64,000 nt of DNA, from IMG/VR virus record IMGVR_UViG_3300027759_000001. The stretch is one strand, 5' to 3'. Positions 1 through 9,459 of the stretch are shown here, piece after piece. The translations under genes were made by a program, and so were the position numbers. The notes beneath the pieces are model-generated. The model had not been told where the DNA came from. It searched no databases and saw only the letters and a program-made list of their open reading frames with translations. Origin of the DNA: a virus. Its lineage: Duplodnaviria; Caudoviricetes. The first letter of the stretch is position 1. Every line of letters begins with the position of its first letter.

Positions 1-889
1 AGGTAACTGATGTCTTTAAATATTCTTTTGTAACACCAACCATATTATCTGTAAAGAAATCACCAGCCTCTCTATCTATCTTATTGTTATTTATCTTATC
101 AACCTTATTAATGTTTATATCTACCTCAGGCATTTTTTCATTAAATCTTACACCTGTATAATAGAATGAAAGTTTTAATCTTGGAAACCAACCAGCTCTA
201 ATTGTTTGTAATGTACGTGAATCAATTAAGTTATCTATTGTTTCTGTAAACTTATTATTTTTATTTACGATTAACTGATCTGGTTTAATTGCTCCTTTTC
301 TAATTTCACCCATTTCATCTTTAGAACAAATTAACATTTCTTTACCTATTTTACTATTCCATCTTGTTGGTCTAGTGTTGTTCATTTGTTTTCCTGTTGA
401 AGATGAATATGATCCAGAAACCTCAAACCATTTTTTGTATTTGTAAATGTATATTGGGTACCAACCATATGAAAGAACAATATATCCCCAATCACTTTTA
501 CCATCTTGTTCCCATCTACCTTCTAAGTTAGATCCCTTAAATGGTAGTAGTTCTGATACTCTTTCAGAGGCATTTGTATTAGTTACTTTTTTAGCTTTTA
601 AGTTGTGAACTTGTTTAAGTTCACTTGTTTTAGTGTCCTCATAGTTACCATCTTCTCTATAGTTCTGAGTATACCTATTATATAGTTCAAAAAAGTCGTC
701 AAGTTTAAAACCAAAAGATGACGCATTACTTTGAATAAACTTATTTATTTGTTGTGATGTAGGGTTTGCGGATTCTTTATATTCATTTATAAATTTAAAG
801 AATATTACTTCTCTTTTAGTAAACGCTTTATCGGCAACTTCCTCTAACAATACTTTTTTAATTATACTATGTAATCCTATATCTTTCAT
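1..889 (-). CDS. Partial (runs off window) phage hypothetical protein with IIKKVLLEE leader
   Basis: Manual translation from ATG at 889: MKDIGLHSIIKKVLLEE...LPFKGSNL...SYGWYPIY..., open to base 1; absent from the ORF track; TATTTAT motif upstream on - strand. Confidence 0.8.
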   Translation of the reverse strand, partial: MKDIGLHSIIKKVLLEEVADKAFTKREVIFFKFINEYKESANPTSQQINKFIQSNASSFGFKLDDFFELYNRYTQNYREDGNYEDTKTSELKQVHNLKAKKVTNTNASERVSELLPFKGSNLEGRWEQDGKSDWGYIVLSYGWYPIYIYKYKKWFEVSGSYSSSTGKQMNNTRPTRWNSKIGKEMLICSKDEMGEIRKGAIKPDQLIVNKNNKFTETIDNLIDSRTLQTIRAGWFPRLKLSFYYTGVRFNEKMPEVDININKVDKINNNKIDREAGDFFTDNMVGVTKEYLKTSVT

Positions 890-965
890 ACTCTATATAA
901 ATATGTTGATATACATATAGTTTTTCCTTTTATGTTATATTTATTGTATAACAATTAATTAAACT

Positions 966-2966
966 ATGGATAATAAATTAGATTATTACCTATCTAAGAT
1001 AGAAAGACAATTAGATTTTCACAGAGGGTTACATTTATTTGAAATGGAAATGAATCCTAATTTTACAAATAAAGCAGTTTTTCTAAAAGAAAGTCAGGAA
1101 GAATATATTACTAATTTATTTGGTGATAATAAAAACATTAGAGAAAGTTATAACAGAGAATTTAATAATGTTCTTGTTGAATCTACATTCAACCCAAAGG
1201 ATGAGGTTAAAAAATTCTTTTCATTTTTAAAAGAAAATTATATTAATGAAATAAATAAAACAAATCTAATAAATGAACAATCAAGTAAAACATTTATAAA
1301 CGAACAATGGCAAAGAGGTTCAGATCCAGTAGGGTATTGGACAATTTTATTTAACCTACTTAAAGCGGCTGGAATAGGTGTTAAATGGGAAGTTGCAAAT
1401 AATCCGGCAAAATCTACATTCATGTATTGGGGACCTTGGGTTATATCAAAAGACATTAATAAAAATGGTGGGTGGCCTGTTAGTTTTACTAGTACGGATA
1501 AAAAACTTTGGTTGTTTAAATTTTCAGGTGGTAAATATGTCGGTCAACCTTTAGCGAATGTTGATTTAGAGTCTAAATATATTGGAACTAAATTTAACTT
1601 AGGTGTATGGGGTAAACTTACTGCAGCCAATGTAACACCACAATTTAACAAGTTATTTATTACCAAACCAAAAGTAGTAGTACCAAAGGCAACGGCTCAA
1701 GATTTACAGATAGGTCAAAAAGTATTTAATGAATTAAAATATGCCTTTGACGGTATGGGAACTTATGAAAACGAGGCCGTAGCGGCATTTAATAAAATAA
1801 AAAATAAATTCCAACTAGATGAACTAAATAGATTAGTTAAATCAAGAGGAGACTTTCCGAATGTATATGAATGGTTAAAGGATGAGATGAGTGATTATGA
1901 CTACACACAATACAGGGCAATATGGGATAGACTTAAAAGTATTGATAAAACAGTCGTAGCACCAAAAGTAAATAATGCATTAAGGGTGGCATCCGCGGTT
2001 GGTGATGTTACGGGAGTGAATGCGGTTGTTTCTGCAGGTGAGAAGGTTGGGACGGCTATTAAGGCAGGATTTACGTGGTTAAAAGATAAAGGTTTACCTT
2101 GGTTCATGGAAAAATTAAGAGAGGGTCTTAGTAGTACTGGAGGTGCAATTTTACAACAACTATTAAATTATACAGGTGTTGGTGCAATTGGTACTACGAT
2201 ATTATGGGCGGCATTAACATTGTTTGATGTGTTTGAAATTTCTACAGGAATTGGTTCTTGGGCTAAATTAATATTTAGTGTTTTAGGATTGTTAACTGCG
2301 GGAGCGTTAGCAAAAACCATTGGTGGATTCCTTAAACCTTTATTTAAAAGTACTGGTGGTACTATAACCAAGTTTATTACATCAATTGCAGAAAAACCTT
2401 GGTTTATAAAATATATTAAACCAATAGTTGGTTGGATTGGAGGTAAACTAGGTTGGGCCGCAGGTTTATTAAAACAAGCTGGTGATTGGGTTGTTAAAAA
2501 ACTTGGAGCAACTACCATCGGTGGTATGGTTACTACGGGGGTTAAATGGTTAGGGCAAATATCTGAAAATTTAATTAAATTTGCTGGTTTTGAGAGTAAA
2601 CAAACAACTGCGTATCTTGCAAAAAAAGATTTACAAAATCAAGGTAAAAAATTAGCAGCAAAAGCGGTTGTAGATCCAACAGTAAAGTATGGTAAAGACA
2701 AATTTGCGCAAGGTGCTGGATATGTTGGTGGTGAAAAGGCTAAAACTGCGGTTGAATTAGGTTATAATATAAAAGATTTAACTAAAAAACCACAAGATAT
2801 AATTAAGCCTTTAAAGAAAAAGATTGATATAAAAAATCTTAGTAAATCTGGAGATGAAGTTATAAAAACATATGATAAATTTGGTAAAGTAATTGATCAA
2901 ACCACCCAACTCGCAAGTAATGAACCTGTAGTTCCTGTTAAAAAGGTTACGGAACCTTTAGGATAA
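966..2966 (+). CDS. Large protein with annexin-like repeat and Gly-rich hydrophobic C-terminal half; paralog of 45921..47564; putative ejection/membrane protein
   Basis: 666 aa ORF; LKYAFDGMGTYENEAV motif; C-terminal half aligns by eye with 45921 ORF. Confidence 0.55.
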   Translation: MDNKLDYYLSKIERQLDFHRGLHLFEMEMNPNFTNKAVFLKESQEEYITNLFGDNKNIRESYNREFNNVLVESTFNPKDEVKKFFSFLKENYINEINKTNLINEQSSKTFINEQWQRGSDPVGYWTILFNLLKAAGIGVKWEVANNPAKSTFMYWGPWVISKDINKNGGWPVSFTSTDKKLWLFKFSGGKYVGQPLANVDLESKYIGTKFNLGVWGKLTAANVTPQFNKLFITKPKVVVPKATAQDLQIGQKVFNELKYAFDGMGTYENEAVAAFNKIKNKFQLDELNRLVKSRGDFPNVYEWLKDEMSDYDYTQYRAIWDRLKSIDKTVVAPKVNNALRVASAVGDVTGVNAVVSAGEKVGTAIKAGFTWLKDKGLPWFMEKLREGLSSTGGAILQQLLNYTGVGAIGTTILWAALTLFDVFEISTGIGSWAKLIFSVLGLLTAGALAKTIGGFLKPLFKSTGGTITKFITSIAEKPWFIKYIKPIVGWIGGKLGWAAGLLKQAGDWVVKKLGATTIGGMVTTGVKWLGQISENLIKFAGFESKQTTAYLAKKDLQNQGKKLAAKAVVDPTVKYGKDKFAQGAGYVGGEKAKTAVELGYNIKDLTKKPQDIIKPLKKKIDIKNLSKSGDEVIKTYDKFGKVIDQTTQLASNEPVVPVKKVTEPLG

Positions 2967-2967
2967 T

Positions 2968-3168
2968 CTATTTTTTCTTATAGTTGTCCCAAAACTTTTT
3001 TAGTTCAACTTTATTATATTTTTTGGATTCACTATCCCAACCACATGAATGACATAAATAAGGGTGTTTATCACCCTTTTCTTTTTTCCATGAGTGATCA
3101 CATTTAGAACATTTAATTTCATTTCCAAATAATATATCGGCTTGTTTCTCTGTGATTATAATTTTCAT
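2968..3168 (-). CDS. MKIIITE-leader small Zn-ribbon protein
   Basis: MKIIITEKQ start; CSKC...CHSC. Confidence 0.7.
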   Translation of the reverse strand: MKIIITEKQADILFGNEIKCSKCDHSWKKEKGDKHPYLCHSCGWDSESKKYNKVELKKFWDNYKKK

Positions 3169-3231
3169 ATTAAATAAATATCACTACAATTACATAATAA
3201 AATTAACTATTATATAAAAAAATCATTTGTC

Positions 3232-3585
3232 ATGGCACACCCATTAATACACGCAAAAAGTTCTGTTAAAAAATACGGAGGTAAGGAAGAAGATTATATC
3301 CATTTACATAATTGGTTAGATGAAACCAAGGCGTGGGTTGGAAATTCATTACACAGGATGTTTAGACACCACTCAGAGGGTATATTTGAGATGGAAAAGA
3401 TATTCGGATCATCATTTATCAATAGTGATGGTAAAGTTGTTTATACACGATATGTGGGAGAAGATCACGTCAAAGAAGATTGTAATAATTATATCCCAAG
3501 TGCTCACGATTGGATAAAGGCGATTGAGTCAAACGAAAGACCAATGTGGATGATACGCACAATGAAGATGAAATTTGACGATTAA
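3232..3585 (+). CDS. DUF6915-like protein
   Basis: MAHP..HA.SS..KYGG..EDY..H.W.D...HR..RHH.EGIF motif pattern. Confidence 0.7.
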   Translation: MAHPLIHAKSSVKKYGGKEEDYIHLHNWLDETKAWVGNSLHRMFRHHSEGIFEMEKIFGSSFINSDGKVVYTRYVGEDHVKEDCNNYIPSAHDWIKAIESNERPMWMIRTMKMKFDD

Positions 3586-3610
3586 CTTATATTTATTATA
3601 AAATAGTATT

Positions 3611-4276
3611 ATGAAAAGATTATTAACATCATTTTTTCTCTTTTTAGAACAATTTGATACACCTGAAGCTAGCGTTTCCTTTGACATGGAGAGTGATGGT
3701 ATAAGTTGGTGGAATGAAAAAGTATGGATTAATATACTTCGTAAAGACGTTAACATACCATCTAATTTTTTACCACTTTTTGATATGATTATAGATAACT
3801 ATGGTCGTGAAATATGGGAAGAATCTATGAACGAAGAGGAAGACGATTATTATAGGGCATCAATATCATTTAAAGTTGACCAAAGACTTATGATTATTAC
3901 TAGTGTAATAACAGAAAATGGTGAAGAACCTGCTAGTGATGATTATAATTTAAATAATAATGAGGATGTAAACACATTTTTGGATGAAAACAACCTTGAC
4001 TCAATCATAATTGAATATCAGGGTGGTGGAGATGATGGGTATATTGAAAACAAAGGAAAAGATAATAATGATGATGAATATAGTTTAAGTGCAGGAATGG
4101 AAGATGTTGTTTATTCTTATTTACAACAATCATTTGGTGGTTGGGAAAATAACGAAGGTGCCTACGGTAAAATTACGGTAACTAAAGAGGAAATTCAAAT
4201 TGATCATATTTGGAATACTAGAGAAGACGTTGATAGTGATTTACGTCTTGTAATAAAACTTGAAGATGTAGAATGA
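3611..4276 (+). CDS. Acidic protein with C-terminal DUF6878-like domain
   Basis: EYQGGGDDGYIE...GGWENNEGAYGKI motif; adjacent to DUF6915-like gene. Confidence 0.6.
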   Translation: MKRLLTSFFLFLEQFDTPEASVSFDMESDGISWWNEKVWINILRKDVNIPSNFLPLFDMIIDNYGREIWEESMNEEEDDYYRASISFKVDQRLMIITSVITENGEEPASDDYNLNNNEDVNTFLDENNLDSIIIEYQGGGDDGYIENKGKDNNDDEYSLSAGMEDVVYSYLQQSFGGWENNEGAYGKITVTKEEIQIDHIWNTREDVDSDLRLVIKLEDVE

Positions 4277-4947
4277 GCAATAAGATAAATAAAATAGCTC
4301 AAGCGATATTCATTTATCTTGAAGACATTGGTCCTTGTGAGGTATCGGTTCATTGTTATGATGAGGATATTGAACAAGTGGGATCATTCCAACCTACAGT
4401 TTTGTTTGATGGTCAAACTCATAATAGAGATAAAAAAGTACCTATGATTGGTACTTTTCGTAATTTCTTTATGGAATATACTGAAGACCATATGGGTGAT
4501 TTAATTAGTCGTGTTGATTTTGATATCAATGATTATCATGAATTAGTTTTTAGAATATATCCTGAAGAAAAAAAGATAGACATTAAAAGTTATTGTTATT
4601 TTATTGAATACTCACCATTTGAATATAAATATGAGGAAACTCCTGAACATATTGTTGAAATGATGGATGAAGATAATGTTAGTTGGTTTAAAGTTGAGTT
4701 TTGGGGTGGTCATGATGATTATTCATTTGATTATAGTAATATGGAAGGTGATGCAGATCCAGGTTTTGTTAGACAATTTGAGGACTATTTTGTTAAATAT
4801 TTGGATAAAAAAACTTCAAAATCTTGGTGGCAGGATCAAGGATCTGAAGGGGAATTCCATGTTAACAGGAACACAATTGATCTTGAATTAAATTTAAAAG
4901 ATGAAGAGTTTAGATCTAGTGGATTCCACAAAGAAATTAAATTGTGA
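4273..4947 (+). CDS. Acidic protein, second DUF6878-like paralog
   Basis: VEFWGGHDDYS...WWQDQGSEGEF; ATGA overlap with previous gene. Confidence 0.5.
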   Translation: MSNKINKIAQAIFIYLEDIGPCEVSVHCYDEDIEQVGSFQPTVLFDGQTHNRDKKVPMIGTFRNFFMEYTEDHMGDLISRVDFDINDYHELVFRIYPEEKKIDIKSYCYFIEYSPFEYKYEETPEHIVEMMDEDNVSWFKVEFWGGHDDYSFDYSNMEGDADPGFVRQFEDYFVKYLDKKTSKSWWQDQGSEGEFHVNRNTIDLELNLKDEEFRSSGFHKEIKL

Positions 4948-4959
4948 TATTTATAAATT

Positions 4960-6096
4960 ATGGGTAAAAATATAATTATTGAGGAATTAGATAGGATAAA
5001 AACTATAATGGGTATTTTGGTTGAACAAGAACAACAATTAGAGCCATTGGTAAGTGGTGATTTAACTATTAAGTATAGTAATTTTGCACCTGACAGGAAT
5101 TTCAGAAAAAACTATGTTTATATTAATGGTGTGTCTGACAAAGATATTACTAAACTAAAAGAATTAAAATTATCAAATACAAATAGTAAAGTTATATTAA
5201 AAAACTATAACACAAATGAAACGTTTGAATTTCCTCAAAAAGAAGTGAAGATAACAATAAATGGTAAATTATATATTCTTGATACGGAGTATAATAAAAT
5301 AATAAAGACATTAGAGACTCATGAAATTGAATTGAATAAGGATTTCCTAAAAAAAATGGAGTCAAAGTTTCCTGATTTTATGATTAAAGTAATGAGAGAA
5401 GTTTATCCTAATAATTGGGGTAAAAATGGTTTTACCGATAGTAATGGTATTTGTGATACTGAGGAAGGTTTAATAAATATTGAAGGGACTAATGTTCCTG
5501 GTCAAACTTGGTCAATACTTAATTACTTTGATACTAATCCTAAAGTAATACAACAATTAATTGAATGGTTTTATAGTGGTGTGTTTAATAATGATGAAAC
5601 ACCACTTAAATCAAGTATTAAGGATTTTGAGAGTTGGATAACAACCAATAAAGAAGAAATATTCAAAGGAGATAATTTAAATAAACTAGTATCACTTAAC
5701 AGAACATCATATGAAAATGGAATTAAGAGTGAAAATACTACAATTGATAAATTAACTCAATCACCATTCAACATTCCAAGAGAAAATATTAAACAATATT
5801 GTTCAGGATCAAGAGAAGATAGATTTGAGGCAAAAGATCTTAAAATAGAAACACCTGATGGAGATAAACACGTTCAAATAAAACCATTGGAATGGTTTAA
5901 GATTGATGAGAAAACAGGTGAATATATTGTTAAGACTTATTATATGAAAAACTATAAAGGTTATTTAAAAAGATACGGACTTAATTATATTGCGTTCATT
6001 AACAATAAAAATATATTAGTCTTTGATAATAAGGATTATGATCTTGATGGGTATCACTATGTGAAGTTCAAGAATAAACCTGTTGAAAAAATATAA
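4960..6096 (+). CDS. Leader-bearing protein with putative C-terminal PD-(D/E)xK nuclease-like domain
   Basis: EELDRIKTIMGILVEQ leader; G...E...D..EAKD...VQIK motif near C-terminus. Confidence 0.45.
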   Translation: MGKNIIIEELDRIKTIMGILVEQEQQLEPLVSGDLTIKYSNFAPDRNFRKNYVYINGVSDKDITKLKELKLSNTNSKVILKNYNTNETFEFPQKEVKITINGKLYILDTEYNKIIKTLETHEIELNKDFLKKMESKFPDFMIKVMREVYPNNWGKNGFTDSNGICDTEEGLINIEGTNVPGQTWSILNYFDTNPKVIQQLIEWFYSGVFNNDETPLKSSIKDFESWITTNKEEIFKGDNLNKLVSLNRTSYENGIKSENTTIDKLTQSPFNIPRENIKQYCSGSREDRFEAKDLKIETPDGDKHVQIKPLEWFKIDEKTGEYIVKTYYMKNYKGYLKRYGLNYIAFINNKNILVFDNKDYDLDGYHYVKFKNKPVEKI

Positions 6097-6098
6097 CA

Positions 6099-7595
6099 AT
6101 GAAGATAGTAATAAGTGAAGAACAATTAAAAACTTTAGTACATCTCATCAAAGAAGATAATGGTAAAATTAATGTTATGTTTGTTGGTGATAGTCATAGT
6201 GCTGGCGATGGATGGACATGGAACTATTTAATTGCAAAAGACCATCCAGAGTGGGACGTTACTCAATTAGCGGTAGGAGGTAAAACAACAAAATGGATGT
6301 TGCAAAATCTTACAACAAAATTAAATGAAAAAAAATATGATTTAGTTTTCATTTATGGCGGAGCTAATGACGTGATGTCACCACAACCAATCTCAACACC
6401 AATAGGTAATATACAAAAAATGGTTGACTTAGTTAATGGTCAAGGAGGTAAAGTGATTGTGTTGGTAGGTTTTGACAGTGAGTCAATATTTAATCCAGAA
6501 AAAGTGACAACAACTAAATATTGTGATAGAGAATGTATGATTGGTTTTAAACCTAAAAGAATAAAATATCAAGCTGATCTACCAAATAGTATTACAGGAG
6601 CAATAATAATACCAAAATTAGTTGGTGATATAAGTTGGAGTAGTGATGGTGTTCACGTAGGATCCGCAAAACACAAGTTAATGAAAGATCACGTTTATAG
6701 TAATATGGGTGATTTAAAAAATATAAAGGTTGACACTAAAACTAATAGTGGTACTAACACCGAAACTCAAAGTGCGTCACAAAAAATATTTAATTCAATT
6801 AAAAACATATTATCTAAAAAAGATAAAATGGAAAGTACTGCAACGCCTGAAGACATTAAGACAATACAATTATCATTAAATGTTATTAATAAAGATGATT
6901 TACCAATGACAGGTCAAATAAATGATGAAACCACTAAAGCAATTGAAAACTATCAAGAAACAAATAATTTAGATAAAACTGGTAAATTAAGTCCTGATAC
7001 AACAGGTGGTATTATAAGTGATTTTTTATTTAAGATAACAGGTAAAAGATATACTTTTGGTAAATCAAGTACTACTGAAAAATCAGAACAAAATTTTAAT
7101 CCGATGGTTATAATAAATCCTGGTGTAAAAGTAAAGACTTTTCCATCTGACATTGAAACTAAGTTCAAAAATGCGGTTGGTGATAATTATGATAGTTTTA
7201 TTTCTGACGTTGAGGAGATTGGTTTAGATCCAAAAATTGCAATTAGACAATTATATACTGAATCCGCATTTAGTCCCGATGTTATGTCATGTAAAAGAAC
7301 ATCAACTGCGGGAGCTAAAGGTATTGCTCAGTTTATGCCAGGCACTTGGCCGTCATATGGTGGTGGTGGTAATCCTTGTAATATTAGTGACGCATTGAAA
7401 GCATATCCTAAAATGATGAAAGTATTGTTAAATAAATTCCCAGGAAGACTTGATCTTTCAATTGCGGGGTATAATAGCGGACCTAACTTAAAAGCTTATT
7501 CTAACGCATTAAAAAACAAAACACCTTTTACGGAACTTAAAGGCGTAATACCAAATGAATCTTATAACTACGCATCTTCAATACTCCAACCATAA
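6099..7595 (+). CDS. Leader + SGNH/GDSL hydrolase + peptidoglycan-binding domain + SLT lytic transglycosylase
   Basis: MKIVISEEQ; VGDSHSAG, GGAND, DGVH; ETTKAIENYQ...TGKL; TESAF...AGAKGIAQFMP...AGYNSGP. Confidence 0.85.
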   Translation: MKIVISEEQLKTLVHLIKEDNGKINVMFVGDSHSAGDGWTWNYLIAKDHPEWDVTQLAVGGKTTKWMLQNLTTKLNEKKYDLVFIYGGANDVMSPQPISTPIGNIQKMVDLVNGQGGKVIVLVGFDSESIFNPEKVTTTKYCDRECMIGFKPKRIKYQADLPNSITGAIIIPKLVGDISWSSDGVHVGSAKHKLMKDHVYSNMGDLKNIKVDTKTNSGTNTETQSASQKIFNSIKNILSKKDKMESTATPEDIKTIQLSLNVINKDDLPMTGQINDETTKAIENYQETNNLDKTGKLSPDTTGGIISDFLFKITGKRYTFGKSSTTEKSEQNFNPMVIINPGVKVKTFPSDIETKFKNAVGDNYDSFISDVEEIGLDPKIAIRQLYTESAFSPDVMSCKRTSTAGAKGIAQFMPGTWPSYGGGGNPCNISDALKAYPKMMKVLLNKFPGRLDLSIAGYNSGPNLKAYSNALKNKTPFTELKGVIPNESYNYASSILQP

Positions 7596-8173
7596 TGATA
7601 ATAAGTGAGTCAAATATTGATGATATGAAATATGAGGTTGAGCAATCCATTGAGGAGTTTGGCCTGATTAAAACATTAAAGAGATATAAATTTCCGTTTA
7701 AGTTGGCAAATATAATGTTCCAACTTACAAGACCATTTACTAGTGAAGAATGTAATCAAATATTATATTATTATCTTGTTGAAAAGAAAGTATTATCAAA
7801 AACGTATGAAGATAAAGATGTTGATGTTGAGATTTCTACCGATAATTTGGAGGGATCTTGGCGTTTTATAATAGAATTTAAAAAAACCAAAGAAGCTATG
7901 AGCGGTTATGGTACAATGTTTTGGGGTGATGAGGATATTTTACCAATAGATGTGACGGTATATAGTAATGAGATTCGTAATTATGATACTGACACAGAGT
8001 TAAATTATCATGTTAATATTAATTTTGAATTTCATAAGATATCTGAGTTGTTAGATTGGTTTAATTCAAATTATTATGATATTATTATAGACACTTGTAC
8101 TGATTGGTTAGAGGAATGTAGATTGGAAATGTTTGAATGGTTATCACAAAATGATCCTGACTATATTGACTAA
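7595..8173 (+). CDS. Hypothetical protein (MIISES leader variant)
   Basis: 192 aa ORF overlapping the previous stop. Confidence 0.7.
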   Translation: MIISESNIDDMKYEVEQSIEEFGLIKTLKRYKFPFKLANIMFQLTRPFTSEECNQILYYYLVEKKVLSKTYEDKDVDVEISTDNLEGSWRFIIEFKKTKEAMSGYGTMFWGDEDILPIDVTVYSNEIRNYDTDTELNYHVNINFEFHKISELLDWFNSNYYDIIIDTCTDWLEECRLEMFEWLSQNDPDYID

Positions 8174-8200
8174 TTAAATCAAATACCATATAATTAAAAT

Positions 8201-8407
8201 ATGGGAAATAATAACAATAATAATGGTGGAGGAATGGGTTTAGGAACCATTCTATTTTTAATATTCTTAGTCCTAAAACTTACAAATTATATTGATTGGT
8301 CTTGGTGGTGGGTAACTGCTCCATTGTGGATTACTGCGATATTATACATTGTTATCGCAATAATAATGGCAACTTATTTTTCAAAAAAAGATTGGAGAAT
8401 AAAATGA
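8201..8407 (+). CDS. Small two-TM membrane protein
   Basis: ILFLIFLVLKLT.YIDWSWWWVTAPLWI hydrophobic pattern. Confidence 0.75.
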   Translation: MGNNNNNNGGGMGLGTILFLIFLVLKLTNYIDWSWWWVTAPLWITAILYIVIAIIMATYFSKKDWRIK

Positions 8408-8652
8408 TACTTGATCAGATAGTTGAGAATTATCCTGATGAGGAAATATTAAAGGCTGATGGTCTTGATGATGGAATCATAGGGATTGAGGAGAATAGTA
8501 TGAGATTAGTTTATTCTAAATCAAAAGTAATTGAAATACTAATGAGTGAGGATATGACAGAGGAAGATGCTCTTGAACATTATTACTTTAATATTGTTGG
8601 GGCATATGTGGGTGAGAAAACGCCAATTTTTGTTGAAGATACTTATATATAA
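8404..8652 (+). CDS. Phage hypothetical protein (start revised to 8404)
   Basis: MILDQ...ADGLDDGIIG...VYS...EEDALEHYYFNIVGAYVGEKTPIFV; ATGA coupling to previous gene. Confidence 0.75.
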   Translation: MILDQIVENYPDEEILKADGLDDGIIGIEENSMRLVYSKSKVIEILMSEDMTEEDALEHYYFNIVGAYVGEKTPIFVEDTYI

Positions 8653-8656
8653 TATT

Positions 8657-8884
8657 ATGGAAAAAACACCAGTAGACACACTTATTAAATTCATTAACGA
8701 GGAGAACCCAAGTAATGAACAGATTGTTGAAAAATTAAATAATCTAAAATCTAATGAAGAAAATATTATTAATAGAGCTTATTTAATTGGATTTTACGAT
8801 AAAGAAAGTAATAGGAAACAAAATAATAATTATTACAAAAATCAATACGGACCAAATTGGTTCACTAATATGTCAAAAATATAA
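8657..8884 (+). CDS. Hypothetical protein (start revised to 8657)
   Basis: MEKTPVDTLIKFINEE, directly after previous stop. Confidence 0.6.
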   Translation: MEKTPVDTLIKFINEENPSNEQIVEKLNNLKSNEENIINRAYLIGFYDKESNRKQNNNYYKNQYGPNWFTNMSKI

Positions 8885-8891
8885 TAGACAA

Positions 8892-9020
8892 ATGAAAAAA
8901 TATATAATTATATTCCTTGTGTTCTTAACAATACTATGTTCTTGTAAAACATCTAAAAAAGCCAATTGTGATGCGTATACCCAAAACGTAGTAAAAGATT
9001 CAACGGTTACATATTTTTAA
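8892..9020 (+). CDS. Small lipoprotein
   Basis: MKKYIIIFLVFLTILCSC lipobox-type signal. Confidence 0.6.
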   Translation: MKKYIIIFLVFLTILCSCKTSKKANCDAYTQNVVKDSTVTYF

Positions 9021-9366
9021 GTACCGCTTCAATAACACCAATACTATTTTTATCCTGTACGGTTTTATTAACTTTAGACTTTAAATAACGAAGACTATCT
9101 TCAAGTTCTTGGCGTTTACTTTTAGTTTCAACAACCTCAAACTCAACATCAATAGTTTGTTCTACATTTGAATTAGGCTTAGTGTTAACCTTAACATCGG
9201 AGAAGATAAATTTAACTGCGGATTTTGACTTCGCAATACTATTAGACTTAACAAAAGTGATCAAGAACACAATCACCTTACCTAATATGGTTAATACTCC
9301 AACGATGATGTTGTACAACACGTCAATAACTTTAATCACAATATCTTTAATTTTCATATCTTTCAT
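9007..9366 (-). CDS. Hypothetical protein with N-terminal hydrophobic segment
   Basis: 119 aa ORF; ATG 4 nt after a TATCTTTG promoter element. Confidence 0.65.
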   Translation of the reverse strand: MKDMKIKDIVIKVIDVLYNIIVGVLTILGKVIVFLITFVKSNSIAKSKSAVKFIFSDVKVNTKPNSNVEQTIDVEFEVVETKSKRQELEDSLRYLKSKVNKTVQDKNSIGVIEAVLKNM

Positions 9367-9370
9367 ACTT

Positions 9371-9401
9371 CAAAGATAGTAAAAACATTTGACTTTGCAA
9401 A
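9371..9401 (-). promoter_or_regulatory. Bacteroidota sigma-A type promoter (-33 TTTG / -7 TAnnTTTG)
   Basis: - strand TTTG (9398-9401), 19-nt spacer, TATCTTTG (9371-9378). Confidence 0.7.
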
Positions 9402-9459
9402 ATAAAAGAACTATCAATGGGCAAAATGTTTTTTTGTTTTAACTGGTATTTATCATTAT

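Noticed and set aside
896-903. TATAAATA read as a T4-type late promoter for the + strand gene at 966
   Set aside because: It sits directly upstream of the - strand ATG at 889, and tandem + strand genes consistently use the opposite orientation (TATTTAT)
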